Origin: Ginglymostoma cirratum | Taxonomy: Eukaryota | Assembly: GCA_024137785.1 (NCBI GenBank) | Contig: JAHRHZ010000099.1 | Location: 4,156,384 to 4,220,383, forward strand | DNA: 64,000 nt | Direction of reading: 5' to 3' | In this document: piece by piece, positions 34,860-47,290 of the stretch | Layout of the letters: each line of letters starts with the position of its first letter | Position numbering within the stretch: position 1 is the first letter of the stretch | Position numbers and translations under genes: made by a program | Notes under the pieces: model-generated | Database searches by the model: none | Seen by the model: the letters and a program-made list of their open reading frames with translations, nothing else | Told to the model about the DNA's origin: nothing

Positions 34860-36775
34860 GTAAATTAAGGATAAAAGAATGACTAGGGAAAAAATAGAGC
34901 CTATTGAGGACTTCATTGATTATTTGTGAATAGAAGCAAAGGACATGGATAGGGTTCTAAATGAATACTTTGTGTCATTGCTCATTACTGAGACGGATGA
35001 CGTGGATACAGAAATCAGGGAGAAGAGCTTTTATATACTTAAAGAAGTTAGCGTAGACAGAGGAGCTTCTGAATGGTCTCGTAGGCTTAAAAGTAGATGA
35101 GTATTCAGGGCCAGGTGAAATGTATTTCAGGTTATTGAGTAAGGTAAGTCAGGACAGTAGCAAAAACTTTCAGTTCCTCTCTGGCCACAGAAGAGGTATC
35201 AGAGGATGGAGGATCTTCAGTGTGGTCCCGTTATTCAAGAAAGGAGGAAGGGATAAACCAGTAAGCTACAGGCCAGTTAGTCTAACCTCAATGCTAGAGG
35301 AACTATTGGAAGCAATTCTGAGGGACAGAATTAATCTGCGCTTGGAGAGGCAGGGATTAATCAAGAACAGTCAGCATGGTTTTGTTAAGGGGAGGCCATA
35401 TCTGACCAACTGGTTGAATTTTTCAGAGGTGACCAGTCTGCAAACAAGGGAATACGTTCGATGCAGTCTACTTGGACTTAGGCAAGGCTTTTGATAAGGC
35501 CTCGTGTGGGAGACTGTTAGCAAAGATAAGGGTCCATGGACCCATGGAAATTTCACAAATTGGATCCAGAATTAGCTAAGTGGCAAGAAGCAGAGGGTGA
35601 TGGTCGAGGGGTGTTTTTGTGATTGGAAGCCTGTGTCCAGAGGGGTTCTGCAGTGTTGGAGCCCTTGCTGTTTGTAGTTTTTATAAACGATTTAGACTTG
35701 AAGGTCGGAGGACTGATCAGTAAGTTCCTGGATGATACAAAAAAATTGGTGGAGTGGTAAATAGTGAGGAGGATCGCCTTAGATTATAGAAGGATATAAA
35801 AAGGGTGATTAGATGAGCTGACGAGTGGCAAATTAAATTCAATCCAATAAACATGAGGTGATGCACTTGGGCAGTACAAACAAAGCAAGGGAATACATGA
35901 TGAACAGTAGGATCCTGGGAAGCACCAAGTATCAGGGGGACCTTGAAATGCCTGACCATGATCCCTCAAGGTAGTGGGATAGGGAGATAAAGTAGTAAAG
36001 AAGGCATTTGGAATACTTGCCTTTTATTAGCCGAGGCATAGAATTTAAGAGCAGGAGGGGGTTGCTTGAACTATATGAAACATTGGTTAGGCCACAGCTG
36101 AAGTACTATGTGTAGTTCTGGGATTCACATTGCGGAAGGGATGCGATTTCACTAAAGAGGGTGCAGCGGAAATTTACCAGGACATTGCTTGGGACTGGAG
36201 AGTTTTAGTTATGAAGAGATATTTGGACTGATTGGGGTTGACTTCCTTGGAGAAGAGCGGTCTAAAAGGAAACATGATTGAGATATATAAATTGAGGGGC
36301 ATAGACAGAGTGGACAGGAAGGAACTTTTCCTCCATTGACTGATCAATGACCTCAGGGCATAGGTATAAAGGAAAGGGCTGTGTGGTTCAGAGGGGATGT
36401 GAGGAAGTTTTTTTTCACTTAGTGGTGGCAGTCTGAAACTCTGTGCTTTCAGTGGTGGTACAGATAGAAACCCTCAACATTTAACGATTTAGATGTTCAC
36501 TTGTGACACCAAAGCATACAAGGCTATGCTGGCAAATGGGTTTATCATAGTTGGATGGTTGTTTTTGACTGGTGCAGTCCCTGCACTGTAGACCTCTACA
36601 TTGGCAAAGATCTGTAGCTTGGGTTGTGGCTGAGGTTGTTGACTTGCTCGCTGAGCTGGCTTGTTCTCATTCAGACATTTCATCACCGAGCATGGTGAAG
36701 AAACATCTGAGCGAGAACAAGCCAGCTCGGTGAGCAAGTCAACAACCTGTAGACGTCTATGGCTATGATTCTGTT
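34860..36775 (+). mobile_element. CR1 LINE, 5'-truncated, decayed
   Basis: VVPLFKKGGRDKPVSYRPVSLTSM..SQHGFVKGRPYLTN; DDTK; LVRPQL.Y; tail ctatgattc. Confidence 0.92.
36599..36746. mobile_element. Third-family PLE-terminus hairpin element with 13-bp TSD, inserted in the CR1 tail
   Basis: Arms aggttgttgacttgctcgctgagctggcttgttctc / gagaacaagccagctcggtgagcaagtcaacaacct; centre tcacc-gagcat-ggtga-agaaacatc; TSD ctgtagacctcta (36586-36598) / ctgtagacgtcta (36747-36759). Confidence 0.8.
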
Positions 36776-36874
36776 CTGATATGAATACCTCCTACCTGCG
36801 GATACTAGCATCTAAACAAATAACCTATTTCTTTATTATGGTACTCGCAATGATCCTGCTCTATCCTAACACAG

Positions 36875-36970
36875 GAGTTAGAGGAGAGCTGGTGTGAGGC
36901 TCAGGCAACAGCTCAACGCATGGAAACCAATCTTCGACAGAAAGAACAGCTCTATGAAGATAAAATGAAG
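36875..36970 (+). CDS. CIT: CIT exon (32 aa, ELEESWCEAQATAQRMETNLRQKEQLYEDKMK), phase 0/0
   Basis: ctaacacag acceptor, gtaaag donor; matches [32 protein letters not shown]. Confidence 0.93.
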
Positions 36971-37408
36971 GTAAAGAACAGAAAATTTATATTGAAAGTT
37001 TGATTCTGTAACAAGAGTAGCAAGTATCTTGTGCCAGTTTCTGGGAGTACAGATTGAACTGGTCATCAGATCAATCATGAGCCATGCCTTGAAAGCAGCA
37101 ATATTTCTGCAATTTCTGCAATTTCTGCCAGCCAACTTCAGCCGTTTTCCTTTCACTCAATACGTCCATTTAATCTTAAATGTGGAGCAAGTATCTTATT
37201 TGAAAATAGTCACTGATGGACTTGTTTGTTTCTTTAATTTGAACAAAGAAAATAACAGATGTTGCAGAACGGGTTAGGACAAGAACATTTTCTCACTGAT
37301 ACAAAATGAATTTAAACTTTTCTCCCCATGACATCTGAACAATGTTATTTGCCATTACTTGCGGAGAGCATCCCATCACCTTTTTATTTGTGTTGTACTG
37401 TTTTATAG

Positions 37409-37525
37409 GTCATGGAAGCTCAGGTGAAGATGGGCATTGCCAATAAGGAGTCCTTAGAAGATTCTCGCCTCAGGCATGAGGAGGACTCACGTAAAAAGTG
37501 CAAACTGATAGATGATCAGAAAGCG
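37409..37525 (+). CDS. CIT: CIT exon (39 aa, VMEAQVKMGIANKESLEDSRLRHEEDSRKKCKLIDDQKA), phase 0/0
   Basis: ttttatag acceptor, gtatgt donor; same length as and diverged similarity to [39 protein letters not shown]. Confidence 0.9.
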
Positions 37526-37753
37526 GTATGTGAGAAATTAACATTAGAGCAAAAATCTAAATATGAACTGAAGTTGCTATAGAAGTTAGCTTTTTATCAA
37601 TAATTTCATTTCAGAATATGACCAATTCTAAAGATGGACTGCAATTCGCAGATTAGAAAACTTTCTTACATTTTGGCTTTTGTCCTTCCCTTGCTTCTTG
37701 ATCTTTGTTGTCTGATCCTTTATAATCTGATTCTAGTGCACTTCATATTTCAG

Positions 37754-37863
37754 ACAATCAATGCCATGGATTCGAAGATAAAGTCTTTGGAACAGAGGGT
37801 AGCAGAACTCTCAGAGGCAAATAAACTTGCAGCAAACAGCAGCATCTTTACCCAGAGAAGCAT
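37754..37863 (+). CDS. CIT: CIT exon ([36 protein letters not shown]+AT), phase 0/2
   Basis: atatttcag acceptor, gtaagt donor; highly conserved [26 protein letters not shown]. Confidence 0.96.
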
Positions 37864-38574
37864 GTAAGTCTTGAATTGTCAAAGTTTATAAAGTAAATAC
37901 ATGGTTATAGGGTTAATTAAATTGACAACCTGTTGTTTAATTGTCAGACACAATTAATTTATTTAACTTCTCTCAGTTTGTTTGTTACAGTTGCTTTCTC
38001 CTAAAATCGTAATATAGAGGGTAGCTTCTAATTTATGTGCATGGTCAGACCTGGAGTGAAAGGTTGGATGAAGGATGCAACAGAATTATATTTAGGCAAA
38101 CCTAAACAAGTGGAAACAGAAAGATAAAGAAATCAACTTGAGTATATTTGTTGGGTGAGCAGGCTGGCACATACTGATCTTCCTTCTGCTGTATGTAAAA
38201 CAGGTCTAAATTACAGAGAAGAGCATCTTCTCAATAAGGTCTGCTATGGTATCAGTTGATATATCCCGGTTTTTAGCAGTGATAGACATAAAACTGATTT
38301 ATGGATCAAAGTGTAAAAAATCACAGGATTATTGAATGTGATTACCACAAAACCATTAAAAATTATAGACGCTATTGTAATGATAAATTGATTACCTTAG
38401 TAAATGACAGCCTAAGTAAAGGTCGACAAAATTACAAAATACACTTTCACAAACAGATGAATTCCACGAAGTTGCCTCAAAAACTTGTCAATTGCCTTAA
38501 ACTTGTGATGCACCAGCATTTAATTCCACATTAATGTTGACATTCATTCCAAGCTTACAATATGGTGGGGACAG

Positions 38575-39145
38575 GAATAGAATCACAGAAACTAGGAGAG
38601 GGAGTAGGCCATTTGACCGTTCAAGCCTTCTTGCCATTCAATATGATCATGGCAAATGCTCTAATTCAGTATCATATTCCTGCTTTCTACCCATACTACT
38701 TGATGCCTTTAAAATCCAAAAATTTTTTTTAACATATTCAGTGATTTGGCCTCCACAGCCTTCAGGGGTAGAAAATTCTACAGGTTCCCTATGCTTTGAG
38801 TGAAGAAATGCTTTCTCATCTCAGTCCTAGATGGTCTACTCCGTATCTGAGACCATTGTCTCCCAGTTCTAGACTTCCCAAACAGGGAAAACTTCCTTCC
38901 TCTGTCCAGCCCTGTTAGAATTTTAATGTTTTGATCAGATTCTCCTCTTTTGAACTCTAGTAAATGCAGGCCCAATCTGTCCACATTGGACAGTCCTCCT
39001 ATTCCCGGTAGCTGCCTAGTGAACCTCTGCTGCACTGCCTCTGTGGCAAGTATATAGTTTTCTGGACAGGGCGACCAAATCTGCATGCTACACTCCAGAT
39101 GTGGTCTTACCAAGGCCCTGTACAACTGCCGTGAGATATCCCTCC
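38575..39145 (-). mobile_element. CR1 LINE 3' fragment
   Basis: ORF 38778-39125 YRALVRPHLECSMQIWSP..VQQRFTR..EMRKHFFTQ. Confidence 0.9.
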
Positions 39146-39954
39146 TTAGACAATGGTCAAGAATGGCACATTGGTGCCTTAGTTGTGCTTTTTTGTGAAA
39201 TGGTAACTGAGGTAAAATATTCAGATGAAGGGAGGTTTATTCTGCATGACCATGGATAACTAATATCTTACTTGATGGGGAAGGGTGGAAGGAGCTAAGG
39301 TAGGATTCTCCAGTGGCAAGACGTCAATTAAGTGCATTTAAACGAACAATTCACACGAGCTCGAAAGTCTTGGTTCTAGTTGTTCCTGCCTTGGGATTGT
39401 GTTATAACATGTCCAAACCGGCTGTTTAAAAATAATTTAAATGGGGGTCACATGGGTTTCTTGCAACCATAGAAGGATGACCAAAAACATCCATGGGAGT
39501 GAGAGATTTTCCCTCACTATCAGTTACTCTGCCCAATAAAGAGACCTGACGTAAGGTAGGGTATGGCTGCTGATAGGCACCCTACAGCTCTTGCTTCCGA
39601 CCTCACCCTGCAATCCCTTAACTTACTTTTGACCTGGAGTCCCTCTAAAATCCTGAACCTTGAATGGGTGCATTTCTATAAGTAGTCCTCTCTTGCTAGT
39701 CTTTTGGCATGAGGAGCTGCCAACCCCTGATTGTTTGGCAACTGTTACAGCCAGGACTTCCACCACTGGGAACCTCAATTTTGGAAGGCCTGATGGTGAC
39801 CTTGTAAACGCCTGAAGGACATCGGATTTCATCACAGCCTCCCCCACGAAAATGATGAGACCTCCCTGCCTGATCTCCAACCAGTGGGCAAGACCCTAAC
39901 CCCACCACCTCCCAAATCGCCTGCTAAAATTCTGTCCATCATCTAATCACTGAA

Positions 39955-40210
39955 ATGGAAGTAAAAGGTCCTGTGGTACTATTTCAAAGAGGACCAGGGG
40001 AGTTTTTTTTACACTTCATAGCCAATAGTTTTACCTCAATCAACATTTCAGAAAAGGTTATTTAGTCATTGTCATGTTGCTGTTTATGAGAGCTGCTCGA
40101 ACAAATTGGATGCAATCTTTCTAAAACTACTTACTAAATTTCACAAGTGCTTAGTTGCTGTAAGAGCCAGTGATCATGGAAGATGTGTAATAAATATAAG
40201 TCTTTTCTTT
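39955..40210 (+). mobile_element. DeuSINE (SacSINE1/AmnSINE1-like) Deu-domain, decayed
   Basis: gtaaaaggtcctgtggtactatttcaaagaggaccaggggagtt..gccaata..cctcaatcaacat..gtcatt..ttgctgttt..caaattggatgc follows the Deu-domain as remembered. Confidence 0.7.
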
Positions 40211-40413
40211 TAGCTGCATTAATAATTTAGAATGTGAGAAACAGTAATTGAGTTATGGCAAATAAATGAACAGAATGAATGGTTCTTTTACTACAAATAC
40301 ATAAGCAAGCCACCTGTAGGATGCTCTGTTTATTATGATCCGTTTGTCTGGGTAGCTACTTTAAGCAACATTTGAGCCTATTTGTAATTGCGTATGTTTA
40401 AATTTCATGGCAG

Positions 40414-40588
40414 GAAGGCACAGGAGGAGATGATTGCAGAGCTCAGGCAGCAGAAGTTTTATTTGGAGGCTCAGGCAGGGAAGCTGGATGCTCACAACCA
40501 GAAACTGGAGGAACAAATGGACAAAATCAACCAGGATGAACAAAGCAGCAAGAACAAATTATTAGAGCTTGAAACCAAGCTCAGGGAG
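40414..40588 (+). CDS. CIT: CIT exon (G+[24 protein letters not shown]...[10 protein letters not shown]), phase 2/0
   Basis: ggcag acceptor (weak pyrimidine tract), gtgaga donor; the first G completes the ATG split from the previous exon. Confidence 0.95.
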
Positions 40589-40714
40589 GTGAGAACACAC
40601 AAATGGTAACCAGGAAATAATAACTTGACTTTGCGTCCGATCAGTTTTAATTATGTGAAATTCGAGTATTAGCTAATAAGTGATATAATGTTTTCACTAC
40701 ACTTTGTTTTTGTT

Positions 40715-41052
40715 ATTCATTCACGCAATGAGGGCATTGCTGGCTAGGCCAGCATTTATTGCCCATCCCAAAGAACAGTAAGGAGTCAACCATATTGGTC
40801 TGGAGCTACATGTAGTCCATACCAGGTAAGGATGGCAGTTTCATTCCATAACAGAAATTAGTGAACCAAATGGATTTTTCCCAACAATTGACAATGAATT
40901 TATGGCCATTGTTAGATTCTTGATTTCAGATTTTTATTATTGCATTCAAATTCCACCATCTGCCATGGTAGGATTTGAACCCAGGTCTTCAGAACATTAT
41001 CCTGGGTGTCTGGATTAACAGTTCAGCTATAATACCATTAGGCCGTGGCCTT
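40715..41052 (-). mobile_element. tRNA-derived SINE sharing its 3' tail with the second LINE family
   Basis: B box (ggatttgaaccc on +); tail ccagcatttattgcccatccc; related piece at 53250-53455. Confidence 0.7.
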
Positions 41053-41231
41053 CCCTGTATTAGTACCAGGCATTGCCCATCTCCAAAAAAGGATCTAACC
41101 ATCTCCCCCTGATATTCAATCAAATTACCACTACTGAATCTCCCACTATCCTCCTGGCAGTTACCATTGAGCATAAACTGAATTGGACCAGCCACAACTC
41201 AGAGGCTGAGATTACTATATTGTGTAACTTA

Positions 41232-41970
41232 CTTAAGGAGTGTAGTGGAACGGAGGGACCTAGGTGTACAAGTACATAGTTCATTGAAAGCGGCATCACA
41301 GGTGGACAAGGTGGTGAAGAAGGCATTAAGCATGCTGGCCTTCATCAGTCGAGGCATCGAGTATGGGAGTTGGGATGTTATGTTACGGTTGTATAAGTCG
41401 TTGGTGAGGCTGCACTTGGAGTATTGTGTACGCTTTTGGTCACCCTGTTATAGGAAAGACATTGTTAAACTGGAAAGTGTGCAATGAAGATTTACGAGGA
41501 TGTTGCCAGATTTAGTAGACCCTTAGTTATAGGGAGATGTTTGCCAGGAAAGGACTTTATCCCTTGGAATGTAGGAGATGGAGGGGTGACCTCACTGAGG
41601 TGTATAAAATCATGAGAGGCATAGACAGGATGAATGCAAATAGTCTTTTTCCCAGGGATGGGGAGTTGTAAACTAGAGGCCATAGGTTTAAGGTAAGAGG
41701 GGAAAGATTTACGAAGGACCCTGAGGGGCAACTTCTTCATGCAGAGAGTGATGCGTATATGGAATGGGCTGCCAGAGAAAGTGGTTGAGATAGGTATAAT
41801 AGCAACGTTTGAACATTTGGATAGGTACATTGTTGGGAAGGGTTTAGACGGATATGTACCAAATGCAGGCAATTGGAACTAGCTGAGTAGGCACCATCGT
41901 CAGCACCATGATCATGGACTAGTTTGGGCTGAAGGGCCTGCTTCCATGCTGCATTACTCTACTCTATGAC
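41232..41970 (+). mobile_element. CR1 LINE 3' fragment
   Basis: RDLGVQVHSSLK..LYKSLVRLHLEYCVRFWSP; tail ctctatgac. Confidence 0.92.
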
Positions 41971-41989
41971 CTCTTATCTCCCTGAGGTC

Positions 41990-42460
41990 TGTCCACCAAC
42001 CTTAGGAGGAAAGACTGAGACAGAATCCTCTCAATATTTCTGGATGGGTACAGCTTTAGGAAGCTTGACACTGTTCAGAACAAAGGCCGCTTGATTAGCA
42101 CCCAATGCATCGACTTTAATATTCACTCCCTCTGTCATCAACCCACATTGGCAGAAAATGAGACCAAAAGTTAGAATGCAAAATGCATTGTATTAATGCA
42201 CCAAGCCTCCTTTGATGCCATCTTCCAAACTTGAGGCCTCTACCATCTAGAAGGACAAGGGCAGCAGAAATATGAGAATATCACCTGCAAGTTCTCCTCC
42301 AAGAAAGACACCAACCTGACTTGGAACTTATTGCTTCTCTTCCACTATTGCTGGATCAAAATCTGAAACTCCCTTCCTAAGAGCTCTGTACATGTGCCTA
42401 CATCAGATGGACTGCAGTGGTTCAAGAAGGCAGTTCACCACTAGCCAGTAAAGCCTTCAA
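41990..42460 (+). mobile_element. Second-family LINE 3' fragment
   Basis: Reverse complement of the 8560-9045 and 22870-23500 blocks. Confidence 0.7.
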
Positions 42461-42499
42461 AGAATGAGAAAAATTCTATAAAGCTGTAAATTTGCTACA

Positions 42500-43040
42500 A
42501 CAACGTATGTATATATATATATAGGACGTTTAATCTAATTAGAAAGCTTTAAAATGCTTCACCAAAAAAACTGCAGATGCTAGAAATCTGAAATAAAACC
42601 AAGTTCTGAAGAAACTTAGCAGATCTAGCAGCTTCTGTGGAGAATGAAACAGAGATGACATTTCAAGTCTGATATGATTCCTCTTCAGCACTCTGTAAAG
42701 CAAAATTTGAATCCAAGTCCCATGAGATATTTGGGCACAGTTTTAAAAAAACAAGTGTGCTCGAAGAGATAATTTTAAGGAGTGTGTTAAAGGAGAAACA
42801 GATACAAAGGCAGAGAATTTTACAGAGGGATTTTCAGACTTTGGGGCCTTAGCAACTTGAGACATATACATCAATAGTAGAGCAGTTAAAATTGGGAATA
42901 CTTGAGGGGCCTGGATTAGAGGAGCATAGGTATGAGCTGTGGAATTGGAGGAGTTTAGAGAGGGAGGGGTTAGACCATACCAGAATTTGAAAACTGGGAT
43001 AAGAATTTTTAAATTGTCGCAATGCTTAACTGAGAGCCAA
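42500..43040 (-). mobile_element. L2-type LINE 3' end containing a nested PLE terminus (42565-42691) with - strand hammerhead scaffold
   Basis: L2-like tail (ttttaaggagtgtgttaaaggag); nested - strand CTGAAGA..GAAA-TGTC. Confidence 0.65.
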
Positions 43041-43175
43041 AGTTAGGATACAAGATTCAGTCTGGTAATGATAAAAATACACTAATTCAGTGTAAATCTG
43101 TGGTAAAATCAGTACAAATTGCAGCAAATGTTGATGATAGCTATATTAAAGTTGCATTTTTATATCATTCCACAG

Positions 43176-43373
43176 GCCAGCTTGGAACATGAGCAACAGA
43201 AATTGGAACTGAAGAAACAGGGGAATGAATTGCAATTAGCCTTGCAGGAGAAGGAGGCTCAGATTAGGAGTCTGCAAAGCACAAAAACTGCCCTGGAGAA
43301 CCAATTGCAAATGGCCAAAGCAGAGCTGGAAGAGACGACTGCTGAGGCAGAGGAGGAGATCCAATCTCTGAGG
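43176..43373 (+). CDS. CIT: CIT exon (66 aa, [15 protein letters not shown]...[17 protein letters not shown]), phase 0/0
   Basis: ttccacag acceptor, gtcagt donor; [14 protein letters not shown] identical to mammalian CIT. Confidence 0.96.
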
Positions 43374-43817
43374 GTCAGTCTCACCATCATGATGATCAAA
43401 GTGCAGGTTGATACCACCCACTTATTTTTGGGAGACTCCCTGATGAAGTAGTTTGAGATTCTGGAAAGCTGTGTAGTCGGAGGAAGAGTGTAATTTTCTG
43501 TTGTTGTGAAGTAACCAAGGAAACGATCAGCTTCTAAGCAAGTTCTTTAAATAATTCTATGGGCATGACATGATTATGAAGTGAATTTTAACAAGAGCTA
43601 CCTTTTCCAGTCTGTGTCTGAAACCACTCTGACATTTCAGGCAGACAGTCACTGAATTGCTGCTTTGCCCAAATCTAAATTGACACCCATGCACTGTCTC
43701 ATGTAACAGTCATCCTTTATTAACTCTGCTTTGTGCATTCTGATAGAGTGAATGCTACTCTCAAGCTTCTACTGTTTAGTTATATAATCACTGTAGTGCA
43801 GTTTGTTTATCATATAA

Positions 43818-45087
43818 GAGAACATCTAGAACATAGAAAATTACAGCGCAGTACAGGCCCTTCGGCCCTCGATGTTGCGCCAACCTGTGAAACCAATCTG
43901 AAGCCCATCTAACCGACACAATTCCATTATCATCCATATGTTTATCCAACGACCATTTAAATGTCCTTGAAGTTGGCGAGTCTACTACTGCTGCAGGCAA
44001 GGCATTCCATGCCCTTACTACTGTCTGAGTAAAGAATCTACCTCTGACATCTGTCCTATATCTATCACTCCTCAATTTAAAGCTACGTCCCCTCGTGCTA
44101 GCCGCCACCATCCGAGGAAAAAGGCTCTCACTGTCCACCCTATCTAATCTTCTGATCATCTTGTATGTCTCTATTAAGTCACCTCTTAACCTTCTTCTCT
44201 CTAACGAAAACAGCCTCAAGTCCCTCAGCCTTTCCTCATGAGACCTTCCCTCCATACCAGGCAACATCCTGGTAAATCTCCTCTGCACCCTTTCCAATGC
44301 TTCCACATCCTTCCTATAATGCGGCGACCAAAACTGTACGCCATACTCCAATTGCGGCCGCACCAGAGTTTTGTACAGCTGCAACATGAGCTCGTGGCTC
44401 CGAAACTCAATCCCTCTACCAATAAAACCTAACACACCGTATGTCTTCTTAGCAACCCTATCAACCTGGGTGGCAACTTTCAGGGATCTATGCAAATGGA
44501 CACAGAGATCTCTCTGCTCGTCCACACTACCAAGAATCTCACCATTAGCCCAGTACACTCTATTCCTGTTACTCCTTCTAAAGTGAATCACCTCACACTT
44601 TTCCACATTAAACACCATTTGCCACCTCTCAGCCCAGCTCTGCAGCTTATCTATGTCCCTCTGTAACCTGCAACATTCTTCCAACACTATCCACAACTCC
44701 ACCGACTTCAGTGTCATCCGCAAATTTACTAACCCATCCTTCTACGCCCTCATCCAGGTCATTTATAAAAATGACAAACAGCAGTGGCCCCAAAACATAT
44801 CCTTGCAGTACACCACTAGTAACTGAACTCCAGGATGAACATTTCCCATCAACCACCATCCTCTGTCTTCTTACAGCTAGCCAATTTCTGATCCAAACCG
44901 CTAAATCACCCTCAATCCCATGCCTCCGAATTTTCTGCAATAGCCTCCCGTGGGGAACCTTATCAAACGCTTTACTGAAATCTATATACACCACATTAAA
45001 CGCTTTACCCTCATCCACCTGTTTAGTCACCTTCTCAAAGAACTCAATAAGGTTTGTGATGCACAACCTACCCTTCACAAAACCATG
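43818..45087 (-). mobile_element. Young CR1 LINE, RT and 3' end nearly intact (one frameshift)
   Basis: ORFs 44647-45078 and 43788-44723: [64 protein letters not shown]; CpGs retained; (tagaaca) tail. Confidence 0.96.
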
Positions 45088-45275
45088 TTTCTACACAGAA
45101 TGTCTGTTTTCTTCCAGGACGTTTGACATATATGTAGGTAATGACACGTAGCTGACATATGCTTTTAAGGTGTATAATGTCTTCTTTTAACATCAACTCA
45201 ATCGAGAGTACACTGTTTTTATTACAGTAAAGCTGCTTGGCAGAATCTTGTGATGCATGTATTTTATTTCATCAG

Positions 45276-45329
45276 GCACACCGTGATGAAATTCACAACA
45301 AGTTTGAAAGCCTCCGAGAAAGTTGCACG
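45276..45329 (+). CDS. CIT: CIT small exon (18 aa, AHRDEIHNKFESLRESCT), phase 0/0
   Basis: tttcatcag acceptor, gtatgt donor; matches AHRDEIQRKFDALRNSCT. Confidence 0.94.
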
Positions 45330-45503
45330 GTATGTAACGAGCACTGAAAGAGTTTACACTGATTGCAAGCACTAGTATTGATAGCTTTTGCATTGTCATT
45401 TTGCTGAATTGTTGGATTGAACACGGAATCTGACTGCCCTGAATGGACTAAATGGGAAGGGAGTGCCTTAGTAGCAATAGTGCCTGACTAGTAATCACAT
45501 GTG

Positions 45504-45527
45504 GAGAGAGAGAGAGAGAGAGAGAGA
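45504..45527. repeat. (GA)12 microsatellite
   Basis: Direct reading. Confidence 0.95.
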
Positions 45528-45539
45528 TAAGTTGAAGTA

Positions 45540-47290
45540 AAAATATGATGGGTGTTGGGTACAATTGAGAACAGAGTTAAAAACAGAAGGTTCAAAGAAG
45601 ATGTGAGGATGAGCAGTAGAGGAGTTATGAAAAAAAACCTGGCCTCTAATATAAACCTGTATAATCTTCTATAAGCGCATAAATAATAATAGGTAGTAAA
45701 AAGAGCAGAAGTGTTAAATTAATACTTTGCATCTGTCTTTAGCTTTGAAACAGATGCTGCTCAGGCATGGTAACGTTGAAGGTAATAAAATTGATAAGGA
45801 TGCATTGGATAAGTTGTTGGTACATGAAATTGATAAGGCACTAGGACCAGATAAGATGCATCTAAACTTAGTGGGAATAGAAATTTCAGACTCATTTAAA
45901 TCTTCCCTGGATTTGGAAGTGATGCTGGAAGATTGGAGAATTTCAGACCTTGCAACCTTTTTCGAAAAAGTTTGAAAAGATCCACTCAGCAATTTCAGAT
46001 GATAATGTCAGTGGTGAGGAGCATCTCGCAAAAATTGTTCAGGATGGCATTAATAGTTACATGGTTTATTGGAAGAATGTGGACCGATTTGCAAGATTCA
46101 GCGTGGATTTCCCATGGAAAAATAATGTCTAACTAATTTGCTGGAGTTTTTTGAAGAGGTAGCAGAGAAGGCCAATGAGAGGGGAAGGCCTTTGTGGTAA
46201 ACGTGGACTTCTAAACGACATTTGATATGTTGCCACATAACAGACTTGTGAGGAAAGTCCTTGACCATGGAATAAATGGCTCCGTAACAATGTTGGCTGA
46301 GATATGAAACAGTAATGATATTGGGTATCTTTCAGGACAGAAAGGGCGTTTCCTGGGGTCAGTATTTGGACTTATGTTTTTCCTTATATACAGTGATTTA
46401 AGTCTTGGTGCGTGGGGTAAATTTCAAAATTTGTGGAAAGCACAAAATTTGAAAGACCCATAAACTGTAGGGAAGTTTGTGTAGACCTTCAGAAGGATGT
46501 TGATATGTTAGTGGAGTGGTGGATGGGTGATAGAAAAAGTTCATTGTGGAGAGGCGTGAAGTGATGCACTTTGGTACAAGGAATATGGAGAAACTGTATA
46601 ACATTAAGGGTACTATTCTAAAGGATTTGCAGGAGTGGAGAGTCCTAGGTGTGTGTGTATATACAGTAGACAATAAAGGTGGCATGACAGAGTGACTGTT
46701 AATAAAGCATACAGTATTCCAGGCTGCATAAACAGGGGCATAGAGTACAAGAGCAAGAAAGTTATGATGAACTTTGAATACAACAGTCAGATCTCAGCTG
46801 GAGTATTGTGTACAATTCTGGGTGCCACACTATAAGAAGGACGTGAATCCACTGGCAAGCATGGAGAATAGGTTTAAAAGAATGGTTCGAGGAAGAATTG
46901 GAGAAGCTGGTTTCCTTGGAGAGAAGAAAACTAAGAGGATATTTTAAAGGAGTTTTCAAAATCATGATGGGTCTAATCTGTCATGAAGACAGTTGATAGG
47001 GAGAAACTGTTCCCACTTATATACAGATGAGACCCAGAGAGCATGCTTTTAAAGTGATTTGCAAAGAAGCAATGTGAGGTGAAATAAACCTTTTCACTGA
47101 ACAAGTACTTGGGGTCTGGAATGGACTGTCTGGAAGTGTGGTGGAGGCAGGTACAATTGAGGCATTCAGAAAGGCATTGGATGATTATTTAAATAGAAAC
47201 AATACACAGAGTTAAGAGGAAAAAGCAGGAGATTGGCAGATAAGATGTTCAGAAAACCGGTGCAGACTCAGTGGGCTGAATGGCCTCATT
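45540..47290 (+). mobile_element. Decayed CR1 LINE
   Basis: KALGPDKMH, EDWRI, CLTNLLEFFEEV, QLEYCVQFWVPHY remnants; 3' gggctgaatggcct. Confidence 0.85.

Noticed and set aside
43788-45078. Longest ORFs (311 aa and 143 aa) as a host or domesticated gene
   Set aside because: They are a 5'-truncated, frameshifted CR1 reverse transcriptase ending in the LINE tail.
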